DNA of 64,000 nt. It comes from a virus (lineage: Duplodnaviria > Caudoviricetes). Of this stretch, positions 44,600 through 53,846 are shown one piece after another. The notes below the pieces were generated by a model. It was not told the DNA's origin and made no database searches. It saw only the letters and a list, made by a program, of their open reading frames with translations. The stretch lies in IMG/VR virus record IMGVR_UViG_3300041413_000047, positions 1 to 64,000 of that record. One strand, 5' to 3'. How positions within the stretch are numbered: the first letter of the stretch is position 1; each line of letters begins with the position of its first letter. Both the position numbers and the translations under genes were made by a program.

Positions 44600-47500
44600 T
44601 CACGCCCCCTTGGGTAGGCGGCGTTGCAGGCGGAGGCGGTCCATGGATCCGACGAGCCAGTCGTCCATCTCTCGCTGCGATCCGATCGGCCCGTGGTTGA
44701 TGAACGTCACGTTCAGCGGGGCGGGCTGGGATGCCGCACCACCGCGCGCCCCCGCCGGAAGCGGGCTGGTGCGCCCGGAGCCCACGAACCCGGCAGTGAG
44801 GGTACGGGCTACACCACCCATCGCCTTCTTCACGGCGGGCATGGGTCCGGCGATCCCCTGCAGTAGTCCGAGGGTGGTCTGCTTGCCGACTTCGGCCATG
44901 ACGGTGCTCGGGCTTTTGATGCCGAGTGCTTTACGGATTGCGGCCTGCATGCTCTTCGCGATCGACAGCATCAGCTTCTCGATCTCTTTGCGCTGCCCGG
45001 CGAGCCCGGCGAGGAAGCCGCGCCCGGACTGTTTGCCTGCGTCGAATAGGGCGTCCGCGCTCAGCTTCCCCAGGTTGGTGGCGCCCTTGGCGATCTGCCC
45101 CTGCAGCCGGTTGATCTCCTTGAGGGAAGCGTTCGACTGCCGGGACAGGACGTTGGCGAGTTCGAGTCCGGCTTCCGGGCCGAGGCCGATGAGCTGCTCG
45201 AGGAGGTCTTTGCGCAGGCCCCTCTTGCGTAGGACGTCGATGCGTCCGGTGAACTCGCGGATCTGCCCTGCTGCGGCGGCGAGGCCGCGGCGGATGGTGT
45301 CTCCGCTCACCCCCGTCGGGCCTTGGGTGAGGGACTGCAGGGAGAATGCGCCACGGGCCTGCGCGGCAACATCTGCCGAAAACTTTTTGGCGTCGGCGAT
45401 GCGCTGTGCGATCTGATCACGCTGTGCGGCCAGGGTTTGGAGGCGCTTGTTGGAGGCGCCGATCATCGCTACGAGCCGGTCGTCGATGGTGGTCTTGCGA
45501 CTGCGGAAGGCCTTGGTGATGCTGTCGGCGATGCTCGCCGCGGTGCGGGAGATCTGCTCGCGGGTTCCGGTGAGGCCGCGCACAAACCCGGCGCCCGTCT
45601 CGCGGCCCAAGGCCTGCATCACCTTCGACGGTGAGGAGATCTGCAGCTCGCGGCGGACGCCCAACGTCACGGCGGACGCCATCTCGCGGGCCCCCGTCAG
45701 GACCAGCCCGGACGACCCGGTCATCCCGCCGGCGAGGCCCTGCGCGACCGCGGCACCGGCGCCTGCCATGCCGACGCCGGCGCCCAGCTTGTCAGCGTTG
45801 ATCGCCTCGATCAGCGCCAGGTGTTTCGCCGTGCTGCGGGCGTTGATGACGTACTCGCCGTCGGATGCGTTGATCGGAACAGAGTCGGAGGTGCCCGTCC
45901 CGGGCCCCCTGACCGGGCCGCCGCCGGGAAAGCCGATCGGACCGCCGGACGCCAGGTTCGGGTTGCGGGCGATCGGCACCTTGCTTGTCGCGTTGACGGT
46001 GGTGAAGCGGGTGACGCGGTTGATGGTGAGCGTCGTCGTTTTGCTGGGGGGCAGATTGTTGATCATCAACTGTGCGGTGCCGATCTTCCGCCGCCAGTCG
46101 TCGATGTTCGCCTTGAGTGTGGCCTTCTTCTCCCCCTTCGCCGTACGCAGTTGGAGTTCGGCGGCGGCGACTTTGGCCCGCCAGTCGGCGATGTCGGCGG
46201 TCAGCTTGGCCCGCTTGTCGGCTTTCGTGCCCTTGAGTTGCAGGTCGGCGGCGGCGACCTTCGCTTTCCAGTCCGCGATGTCCGCCGTCAGTTTGGCTTT
46301 CTTCTCACCCTTGGCGGTCTTGAGCTGCTTGTCCGCCTCAGAGATTTTCGCCTTCCAGTCGGTGATGTCGGCCGTCAACATCGCCGTCTTGTTCGGGGTC
46401 TTCAGGATTTGGTCGGCGAGCGTCTTCGCCTGGGTCTCGTTGAGGCCCATCTGCTGAGCGTTCTTGATCAGCTGCTGGCGGCCGCGCTCGTAGACAGTGA
46501 CGGCGCCTTGCCACGACCCGGTCGACTCGCGGTTCGCTGCCGCCGCCTCATCCGTTTTCGCTGCCAGGTCCGACAGGGCCGTGGCGGCTGCGCGCTGCTT
46601 GTCGGTGTTCAGGGTGAGCTGGCCGCCCTGCATGTCGAGGACTCCGGCGTTCTCCCGCGCGGCCTTGGACGCGGCGTCGATGGACGCCTCGAATCCGATC
46701 ATCCCGCCCAGACCTGCGCGCTGCACGTCGTTCAGTGCCTGGATCGCCTGCCGCAAACCGTCCGCGGACTGCTTCTGCTCGGCGAGTTTCGCCGACGTCT
46801 GCTGCGCCTGCGTGCCGAAGAGGCCCATCGAGTCCGCAACGAGCTGCTGCTCGAACTTCACGTCCTCCAGCGACGCCTTGTACTCGGTGAGCTTGCTCGT
46901 GAACTCCGTCGTATTCCGCCCACCCTTGCCGTACTCGGCAGTCAGCCGCGTCACCGCGGCGGCAGCAAGGTCGGCCTGGTTGTTCTTGACGAGGTTGGCA
47001 AGCGCAGTGTCGACCGCGTCGAAGTTTTCCTTGGCCTCCTTGACGGGGGTGGAGTCCCAGCCCGTCCAGCCCACCAGGAACTGCTGCACCTTGTCCGTGG
47101 TGGACGGGTCGGTGAGCGCCTTCACCTTGCCGTGCAGGCCGTCGAGATCCGCCCCGAAAACCTTCGACGCCTCACCCGTCACCTTGCCCGTCTTGCCCAG
47201 CTTGGCAAGGGAACCGGTCAGCTTGTCGACGTCCGGCGGTGCCGCCCGGCCGCGCTGCGACAACTCCGTGAGAGCAATCAGCAGCAGCCCGATCCCCGTC
47301 CCCGCGATCGCCACCTTCGCCGTCCGCGACAGCGTCGCGATCGCAGCCCCCAGCCTCGGCAGCACCCCAGTTGCCCCGCCGGCCGCGAGCCGCATCGCAC
47401 CGATCGACGCGGCGAACGTGGTGACCCCGGCGGAGGTGGCCGTCGCCGCTGCCACCGCGAGCCGTACCGCTTTCAGGGCGAGCGCGAGTTGCAGCATGTG

Positions 47501-48484
47501 AGTGATGGCGTCCGGCGGCAGCGCGGCCACCAGCTTGGCGATCACGTTGACGACGGTCAGCAGTCCAGGCCCCACGTTCGCGGCGGCCTGTGCCATGTTG
47601 GCGAGGGCCTGCATGATGTTCGACAGGGTTTCGCGGACGATGGGCCCGTTGTCGTGGACGTACTGCATGAAGGTGCTGAACCCGCCGGAGATCTTCCCCG
47701 TGTCGAGGGTGCGCATGAAGCGGATGAGCAACTCGTTGCCGCGCTGTAGGGCGCCGGTGGAGAACTCGGAGAAGGTGCCCATGAACCGGTCGAAGGCCGC
47801 CGACTGGATGCCGCCGGCGGCGATGGTGACGAACCGGTCGAGCTCTCTGCCCGCGCCTTGGACTATCGGCGTCAGCTTGGGGAAGATCGCGCCGAACGTT
47901 TGGAGGCCCTTGGTGACGACCGGCATGGTGTCCCCGGCGAGGCTGTCCGACCACTGCTTGTACTGGTCCTTGAACGACGACAGGGCGGCGGCTGCCTCGC
48001 GGGTCGCGGGCGGCATCGTCTTGACCATGCGGACGTAGTCGGCCTGCGCGGTGGCGGCTTCCTTCGACGCGGCACCGTGCTGGTCGATGGCGTCCTGATA
48101 TTTCTTCTCCGCCTCGGATGCCTCGGCCAGTGCGGCGACTTGGCCGCCTGCTGCGGCGGCGAACGCGCCGACCGCGACGGCTGCCGCGCCCACACTCGCG
48201 GCGATCGGTGCGGCCTGCACGGCGATCGGGATGAGCGCCGGGGCCAGCCCGATTGCGGCGCCCTTCAGCTTTTCCAGGACGCCGGAGAAGGCGCTGCCGC
48301 CGCCTGCCGCACGGTTGAAGGCACTGTTGATGAGGCGAGATTCGGACACGAACCGGCCACGCACATCGCGCAGTCGTCCTTGTGTGTCGCGGGAGAAGTC
48401 CCGCATGGCGCGCGCGGCGGGGTCGGTGTTGGCGTTGATGTTGATGTGGGCATCGCCGACGAGGCCACCGGAAGGGGTGCTCAT
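44600..48484 (-). CDS. Tape measure protein
   Basis: 1294 aa, Ala/Gly-rich helical; GPGTGTSDSV..SDGEYV motif. Confidence 0.95.
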   Translation of the reverse strand: MSTPSGGLVGDAHININANTDPAARAMRDFSRDTQGRLRDVRGRFVSESRLINSAFNRAAGGGSAFSGVLEKLKGAAIGLAPALIPIAVQAAPIAASVGAAAVAVGAFAAAAGGQVAALAEASEAEKKYQDAIDQHGAASKEAATAQADYVRMVKTMPPATREAAAALSSFKDQYKQWSDSLAGDTMPVVTKGLQTFGAIFPKLTPIVQGAGRELDRFVTIAAGGIQSAAFDRFMGTFSEFSTGALQRGNELLIRFMRTLDTGKISGGFSTFMQYVHDNGPIVRETLSNIMQALANMAQAAANVGPGLLTVVNVIAKLVAALPPDAITHMLQLALALKAVRLAVAAATATSAGVTTFAASIGAMRLAAGGATGVLPRLGAAIATLSRTAKVAIAGTGIGLLLIALTELSQRGRAAPPDVDKLTGSLAKLGKTGKVTGEASKVFGADLDGLHGKVKALTDPSTTDKVQQFLVGWTGWDSTPVKEAKENFDAVDTALANLVKNNQADLAAAAVTRLTAEYGKGGRNTTEFTSKLTEYKASLEDVKFEQQLVADSMGLFGTQAQQTSAKLAEQKQSADGLRQAIQALNDVQRAGLGGMIGFEASIDAASKAARENAGVLDMQGGQLTLNTDKQRAAATALSDLAAKTDEAAAANRESTGSWQGAVTVYERGRQQLIKNAQQMGLNETQAKTLADQILKTPNKTAMLTADITDWKAKISEADKQLKTAKGEKKAKLTADIADWKAKVAAADLQLKGTKADKRAKLTADIADWRAKVAAAELQLRTAKGEKKATLKANIDDWRRKIGTAQLMINNLPPSKTTTLTINRVTRFTTVNATSKVPIARNPNLASGGPIGFPGGGPVRGPGTGTSDSVPINASDGEYVINARSTAKHLALIEAINADKLGAGVGMAGAGAAVAQGLAGGMTGSSGLVLTGAREMASAVTLGVRRELQISSPSKVMQALGRETGAGFVRGLTGTREQISRTAASIADSITKAFRSRKTTIDDRLVAMIGASNKRLQTLAAQRDQIAQRIADAKKFSADVAAQARGAFSLQSLTQGPTGVSGDTIRRGLAAAAGQIREFTGRIDVLRKRGLRKDLLEQLIGLGPEAGLELANVLSRQSNASLKEINRLQGQIAKGATNLGKLSADALFDAGKQSGRGFLAGLAGQRKEIEKLMLSIAKSMQAAIRKALGIKSPSTVMAEVGKQTTLGLLQGIAGPMPAVKKAMGGVARTLTAGFVGSGRTSPLPAGARGGAASQPAPLNVTFINHGPIGSQREMDDWLVGSMDRLRLQRRLPKGA

Positions 48485-48836
48485 GCGAGGGTCACCCCCA
48501 TGGAGGCGAGGAACGACTGGCTGGCGTCTTCAGGGCCCGTCCACCACCAGGGCGCGCCGTCGTCTTGGGCGGGTTCGATGTCGAGGCGGTCACGGCCTGG
48601 ATACGCCCACGCTGAGACGCCGAGGCTGTGGTCGAAGCGTGCTCGCGCTTGTTCCTCGGTCTGTCCTTCGTGGACGATCAGCCGCTGCAGCATCTCGTGG
48701 TAGATCGCGTTCAGGAATCGGTCGGCTGGGAGGGCAGCGAGATCGACTCCACGGGCTGCGTATTCGCCGTCGAGGGCGTGCCAGATGCCGGGCTGGCAGG
48801 CCCATCCGATGAGTCCGGCGACGGCTGTGTAGGGCG
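48481..48836 (-). CDS. Tail assembly chaperone frameshift extension
   Basis: Overlapping -1 frame ORF ending at TMP start; CGCCCTAC at 48829-48836 candidate slip site. Confidence 0.7.
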
Positions 48837-49214
48837 GGCGGCGTACTCCTCCAGAAGCCACATGACGACGTCGGCCGTCTGGTTGTCGTCGATGGGGCGC
48901 ACCTTGTCGTTCAGGCGCTTGGCGAACTGCTCGTAGGACTCGGGGAGAAGAGCGAGGGAGAGGGCGCGCTTCAGCAGGTCGTGCTGCTGCTGGTACTCCT
49001 CGCTTTCGACGCGGTCGTTGTAGAGGGTGACGAACTCGGCGAAGACGTCGCCGGGGAGCCGTGCTGCCGCGTAGAAGACGTCGCCGTCGATGGTGAAGGG
49101 CAGCGGCTCGTTGCTTCCGCGGCTGAAGTCGCGGGCTGCCGGGCGCGGCGCGGCGGCCATGGTGGGGAGCGTGGTGGTCACCACGCCGTTGGGGTGCGTG
49201 AGCAGCTCGGTCAT
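48711..49214 (-). CDS. Tail assembly chaperone
   Basis: Position before TMP; ...EEYAARPT... then low-complexity tail. Confidence 0.8.
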   Translation of the reverse strand: MTELLTHPNGVVTTTLPTMAAAPRPAARDFSRGSNEPLPFTIDGDVFYAAARLPGDVFAEFVTLYNDRVESEEYQQQHDLLKRALSLALLPESYEQFAKRLNDKVRPIDDNQTADVVMWLLEEYAARPTQPSPDSSDGPASPASGTPSTANTQPVESISLPSQPTDS

Positions 49215-49242
49215 GGGGTGGACGGTAGGTACCGTCCAGCGA

Positions 49243-49254
49243 AGATCATTCCGG
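49243..49254 (-). promoter_or_regulatory. Late motif CCGGAATGATCT copy 2
   Basis: Exact 12-mer about 29 nt upstream of chaperone ATG. Confidence 0.65.
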
Positions 49255-49397
49255 CGGTTTGTAAACCGCCCGACCACCTGCGCCGAAGCGCCTACGACTG
49301 GTTGATAGCCGGGTGGTTGTCGACCAGATCAAGCACGAGGGCCAAGGCGCGGCCCCGGTAGTACTCGCGACCCCTCGACTTGTCGAGGAACCGCAGG

Positions 49398-49790
49398 TCA
49401 GAGGGCGGCGTGCAGGCTTTCCTGCAGGAACCGATTGGCCTTGTTGCCAGGGTGGTTGACGTACCTCGCATACACAATTTGACCGCCCGCCGTAAACCGC
49501 AGGACGCCGCCTGGCCTGCGTGGCTGAATGCGATGGGGCCTCGTGCCCCCGATGACCCATAGCGCGGCGGGATGGTTGACCGATATGACGCCCTGGAAGT
49601 CGCCACCCGATCCGCGCCGGATCTGCGCGCGAACGGTGCGCCCCATGCTGCCCGGTGCGCGCCGTCGGGCTTCGGCTTCGACGCGGCGGACGCGGCGTTC
49701 CATGTTGCGGTAGACGAGGCCGCCGGGGAGGCGCAGCATGCGTTCGATGGTGGTGCGGTGGAGGTCGAAGCTCGTCGACACCGTGAACAC
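49398..49790 (-). CDS. Neck/tail completion protein (HK97 gp10-like)
   Basis: GTRPH.I...L.F...V.HPG.K.N.FL. Confidence 0.7.
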   Translation of the reverse strand: MFTVSTSFDLHRTTIERMLRLPGGLVYRNMERRVRRVEAEARRRAPGSMGRTVRAQIRRGSGGDFQGVISVNHPAALWVIGGTRPHRIQPRRPGGVLRFTAGGQIVYARYVNHPGNKANRFLQESLHAAL

Positions 49791-49793
49791 GGT

Positions 49794-50300
49794 TCAGTTC
49801 CTCATCAGGGAGACAACTGCGCGAAGCTCGTTGCCGCCGCAGCAGCCAGACGGGCCCTGCGGGTTGAGGGGGCGCAGGATGAAGTCGGCGATCTCGCGGG
49901 CCTCGTTCATCTCGCACAGTGTGATGGAGGCAGCGCGCATCATCTCGTACGCGTCCTGAAGGATCTCCTGCGCGGACGCGTCAAGGGCGGTGACCGTGGG
50001 CGGCTTGCCGTTGTCGTCGGGGCACGGGGCGCACCGCACGACCTGCACGATGATCTCGGCTGCTTCCCAGGGGGCGTCGCAGGCGTTGCCGATGCGGCGT
50101 AGTGCCGGGTCGGGGAACGACTCGGTGAGGTAGATCTGCCCGACACTGACGGCGAGGAGACCGCAGTCGCATTCGTCCCAGGCGATCATCCCGGGCACAA
50201 CGCCGTGCCGGGCCGGGGTGACGGAGAGTCCGGCGTAGATCGCCTGCTCCAGGCGGGATGCGACCGTGTACCACTTCAACGGGCCAGAGATCATCGGCAT
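49794..50300 (-). CDS. Tail terminator-like protein
   Basis: Position; acidic and Cys-rich. Confidence 0.6.
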   Translation of the reverse strand: MPMISGPLKWYTVASRLEQAIYAGLSVTPARHGVVPGMIAWDECDCGLLAVSVGQIYLTESFPDPALRRIGNACDAPWEAAEIIVQVVRCAPCPDDNGKPPTVTALDASAQEILQDAYEMMRAASITLCEMNEAREIADFILRPLNPQGPSGCCGGNELRAVVSLMRN

Positions 50301-50302
50301 GG

Positions 50303-51133
50303 TCAGGCCCCCGGCTTCCGTACGGTCGGCTGATCCACCCGGTACACGCGTGAGCGTTGCCGCAGCCCGTACGGATTCCACGTCGCGATGAACGCGTCCA
50401 CCAGATACAGGCCGGTCCGCCCTTGCTTGAACAGTTCACCCACATCCGGGTAGCTGATCGTCACGCCCTGCCGCACCAGTTGCTGCACCCCCGCCGGGAG
50501 ACGGCAGTCCTGCCCGGCGGCGGCCTTCGCGAACTGGCACGCCAGCTCACCCATGGCCAGCGCGGCTCCCGCCGGCAGCGGCTCGCCATACGTCGCCGTC
50601 ACCGACCAGGCGCCCTCACCAGAGTCGACCGACAGGTCGTTGCAGTGCGGCCAGCGCCCGCCGTCCGTCCGCACCAGGAGGCGGTTGTTGTCGAGGCGGT
50701 ACGCGGACGACGCCAGCACCACGCCGTCGATGACGACCTCTGTCACCTCGTACACCGGGGCGGGGAGCCGCAGTTCGGACACCTGCCCGCACGAGCAGCC
50801 CGACGAGCAGGAGCCGCACGTCAGGTTGAACCACAGGCCGCCGATCAGTGCGGGCTGCGGCCAAGTCGAACTGGCCCACGGCGGTCCGAAGTCGTCGTAG
50901 AACCGGCCGTCGCCACAGTCGCTACGACACGGCCGCAGCGTCACCTCGCACAGCCCGAATCGCATACCAGTCAGCCCGTACAGGGTTTCCGTCGCCATCG
51001 ACACCGCGATGCCGGTGACGGCCGGGTTGAGCGTCGACACGTCGCACGTCCACTGCACGGGCCAGTCCGCGCACGGGCCGCGCATGCCGCCGGTCCCGGT
51101 CGGCTGGGTGGCGATGGGATTGATGACGGGCAT
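50303..51133 (-). CDS. Head-to-tail adaptor
   Basis: LP.PV.EVTEV.IDG...TATYG...RQGVTI. Confidence 0.7.
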   Translation of the reverse strand: MPVINPIATQPTGTGGMRGPCADWPVQWTCDVSTLNPAVTGIAVSMATETLYGLTGMRFGLCEVTLRPCRSDCGDGRFYDDFGPPWASSTWPQPALIGGLWFNLTCGSCSSGCSCGQVSELRLPAPVYEVTEVVIDGVVLASSAYRLDNNRLLVRTDGGRWPHCNDLSVDSGEGAWSVTATYGEPLPAGAALAMGELACQFAKAAAGQDCRLPAGVQQLVRQGVTISYPDVGELFKQGRTGLYLVDAFIATWNPYGLRQRSRVYRVDQPTVRKPGA

Positions 51134-51153
51134 CGGGCGCTCCTACGGTGCGG

Positions 51154-52167
51154 TCATGACGGTTCGGGCCCGATGTTCTCCAGCCGCAGCCGCCACGGAT
51201 ACGTCGGGTGCGCGTACACGATGTTGCCGCTGCCGGTCCCGGTCCCCTGATGGGCGAGCGCCACCGTCACCAGCCCGGCAGCGATGTGGCCGGAGGCGAC
51301 GGTGAACATGTCCGGCGATCCGGCGCGCAGGAACGAGTTGGACGGGTACATCGTCGGGTTGCCCTCGGTGGGCGGCGTGGCCGTGTCCGTGGTCGCGTAC
51401 AGGGCGATGGCGCTGGCGTTGTCGAGGAGTACCCAGTCGAGGAAGTGCGCGCCGATGTGCATGAACGCGCCGTACACGCGGATACGGTCCCCGACGGCGG
51501 CAGCGATCGACGCCTTGAGTTGCGTGCCCCCCGACGTCTGGACGACCGTCCACGACGCTGCCGCCGGGAGCCCGGACAGGTTGTCGTCTGAGACGCGGAC
51601 CGTCGCCGTCCTGACCGTGGAACCCCCGCCGGACGACGGCGTCTGCCACGTGGCTGCCGACCCGGAAGTGGCGGTCGGCACCTGCCCGACCGAAGGCGTT
51701 CCCGTGACCGCAACCCCGTTGACCTTCGCGACAGCCGGATCCGGGTATGTGCCGGACAGGTCGCCGCCCGCCGGCCCTGTCGGGGTGCGGGAGTTCGTCA
51801 GCCGCGTATCGTCGGTGAACACCAGTGCGGCCGTGTCCGGGATGCCGTGCACATCCGTCGTGTCGGCGCTGTGCGCGGACACCGCGGCCGTGATGTCGGC
51901 CAGGGTTGCCGACTCCGTGGACGCGCCGACCGCCACGTCGAACGACTCACTGTCGATATGGATCCAGTAGCGGCCTTCCTCGACCCAGAACTCCAGACGG
52001 CCCGCACCGCTCGTCGCGGCCGGGTTCGCCAGCGGCACCGTCCCGCCGGCGTCCGCGTACAGGGTGGCGAGGGTGTTCGCCTCATGGAGGAACACCCGCG
52101 CCGTGACATTGGCGGCCAACTCGCCGGACGGGAACCAGAACAGCTCGCTGTACTGGGCCAGAGCCAT
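51154..52167 (-). CDS. Virion fibre/decoration protein
   Basis: GPAGGDLSGTYP linker; beta-rich C-terminus. Confidence 0.6.
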   Translation of the reverse strand: MALAQYSELFWFPSGELAANVTARVFLHEANTLATLYADAGGTVPLANPAATSGAGRLEFWVEEGRYWIHIDSESFDVAVGASTESATLADITAAVSAHSADTTDVHGIPDTAALVFTDDTRLTNSRTPTGPAGGDLSGTYPDPAVAKVNGVAVTGTPSVGQVPTATSGSAATWQTPSSGGGSTVRTATVRVSDDNLSGLPAAASWTVVQTSGGTQLKASIAAAVGDRIRVYGAFMHIGAHFLDWVLLDNASAIALYATTDTATPPTEGNPTMYPSNSFLRAGSPDMFTVASGHIAAGLVTVALAHQGTGTGSGNIVYAHPTYPWRLRLENIGPEPS

Positions 52168-52187
52168 CGGTCCCCCTCAGGGAGTAG

Positions 52188-52222
52188 ACGAGCCCGGTCT
52201 CTAAGTAAGCGACCGGGCTCGT
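52188..52222 (-). terminator. Hairpin after major tail gene
   Basis: 12-bp stem ACGAGCCCGGTC/GACCGGGCTCGT. Confidence 0.7.
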
Positions 52223-52234
52223 GGACTGCGGGCG

Positions 52235-52912
52235 CTATGCGGCGAGCGTCGTCGGGTCGCAGGCGGCGGTCGGCGGGGCGGTCGTAGTCACGTTCCACAC
52301 CCAGTGCTCGTCGTCCTCAATGGTCTCCCCGGCGGGCAGGTAGTCGTCGCCGACGAGGGCCAGCCACAGGGGGGACGCGGCACGGGTTTCGCTGGTGGTT
52401 TCCAGCGTCGACCGACCGTTCTCGATCATGTAGGCGCCGAGCTGTGTCGCGCCGACGTTGGGCCACGCGTTGTAGATGTAGCGCTGGTTACCCGAGGCGT
52501 CGCACGCCCCCTGCCCGGCGACCTCCTGCCACACCTCCAAGCTGTAGCGGCGCGTCGGGTTGCCCTCGGCGACCGCGAAGCCGGTACCGGTGGCGGGCGA
52601 TCCCGTCGTCAGCTCACGCGCGGAGATCATCAGCGATGCCGACGACACGTTGATCGCACAGAACTGACTGGTGAGGTTCATGCGCTTCAGCGTCGGGTCG
52701 TCCTTCTGGTTCACGCACGCCTCACCCGACGCGGTGCGCTCGAAGAACTCGGTACCGTCCTCGTACTGCGGCTCCATGTTGACCTGCACGAACCCGGTCG
52801 TGACGGACACCAACCCGGACGCGCCGGTGATGGGGACGCCACACGCGTCGAGTTCGATGATCCGCATGTGCGTGCCCTTGATGGGGGTTGCGCACGTGGA
52901 GACTGTGGCCAT
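52235..52912 (-). CDS. Major tail protein
   Basis: IKG..MRI..LD.CG pattern; position. Confidence 0.75.
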   Translation of the reverse strand: MATVSTCATPIKGTHMRIIELDACGVPITGASGLVSVTTGFVQVNMEPQYEDGTEFFERTASGEACVNQKDDPTLKRMNLTSQFCAINVSSASLMISARELTTGSPATGTGFAVAEGNPTRRYSLEVWQEVAGQGACDASGNQRYIYNAWPNVGATQLGAYMIENGRSTLETTSETRAASPLWLALVGDDYLPAGETIEDDEHWVWNVTTTAPPTAACDPTTLAA

Positions 52913-52922
52913 GGTCTATCTC

Positions 52923-53801
52923 CTATTCGGTGGGCACGCCCAGGGCGATGTGCGCGGCCAGCAGGCAGCACTCGAAACCGATCACGTAGGTGCGTTCGGC
53001 TTGCATGCGGAGGGTGTTGGAGGTCCGGTCGAGGGAGTCCCGCAGCTGGGAGACATACGGATCGGACCGGTAGCCCCAGGCCGCGCCAGTGGCGTAGATC
53101 CATGCCGTGCCTGCGGTAGGAGCAGCACCGTCGGGGCCGCTGCCGGTGTAGCCGGTCCCGGCGACGATGAGGTTCCCGGCCAGGGTGACCAGGCGCCCGC
53201 TGCCGTCGTCGCGGGCGAGGTTCCATGCGTCGAGGGTGGGCAGTGCCGCACGCGGTACGTGGATGATCCCCTGGCCCTTGTAGCAGGCGGCGAGTTCCTG
53301 CTCCAGTGCGCCGAGCGCCTGCGCGACGTCCGCGCCGGTGACGACCGGCGTGGCGACGGGCTGCAGGACCACGTCACCGTCCACGATCTCGGTGTCCGCA
53401 CTCAGGTGGGGGAAGACGACGTCCTGGCCGCCGGCCGCGCCGGTCCAGAATGCGGCCTCGACCTGTGTCTGTTCGACGCGGGTGAGGGCATCCGACGCGA
53501 TCACCTCAGCGCCCGCGAGACCGACCGGCGAGCACTCGAATTCGGCGTGCACCGTGAACGGGAGCGCACCCCGAATGTTCTGCTCGACATTCGGGGTTTT
53601 GGCGGGAGGCTCCGGTGGTGCTCCGACCCCAGTGACGGACAGGCATGCGTCGTAGGTGGTGGCACCGGTGGGGCAGCGTTCGATCCAGGTGACGCCGTTT
53701 CGCCAGTGCGCGTCGTCCGAGCTGGGGGTTTGGATCGTGTCCCACAGCCCGTACGGCAGGGCGGTGAACACGGTGGGCAGGTCGATGAGTTGGCGTGCCA
53801 T
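52923..53801 (-). CDS. Capsid-associated (cement/minor capsid) protein
   Basis: Follows capsid gene; PYGL...HW.NG. Confidence 0.6.
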   Translation of the reverse strand: MARQLIDLPTVFTALPYGLWDTIQTPSSDDAHWRNGVTWIERCPTGATTYDACLSVTGVGAPPEPPAKTPNVEQNIRGALPFTVHAEFECSPVGLAGAEVIASDALTRVEQTQVEAAFWTGAAGGQDVVFPHLSADTEIVDGDVVLQPVATPVVTGADVAQALGALEQELAACYKGQGIIHVPRAALPTLDAWNLARDDGSGRLVTLAGNLIVAGTGYTGSGPDGAAPTAGTAWIYATGAAWGYRSDPYVSQLRDSLDRTSNTLRMQAERTYVIGFECCLLAAHIALGVPTE

Positions 53802-53846
53802 ACGTGTTCACCACCCTTCAGTGTCGGTTCGGTTCACGGCGCCGGG

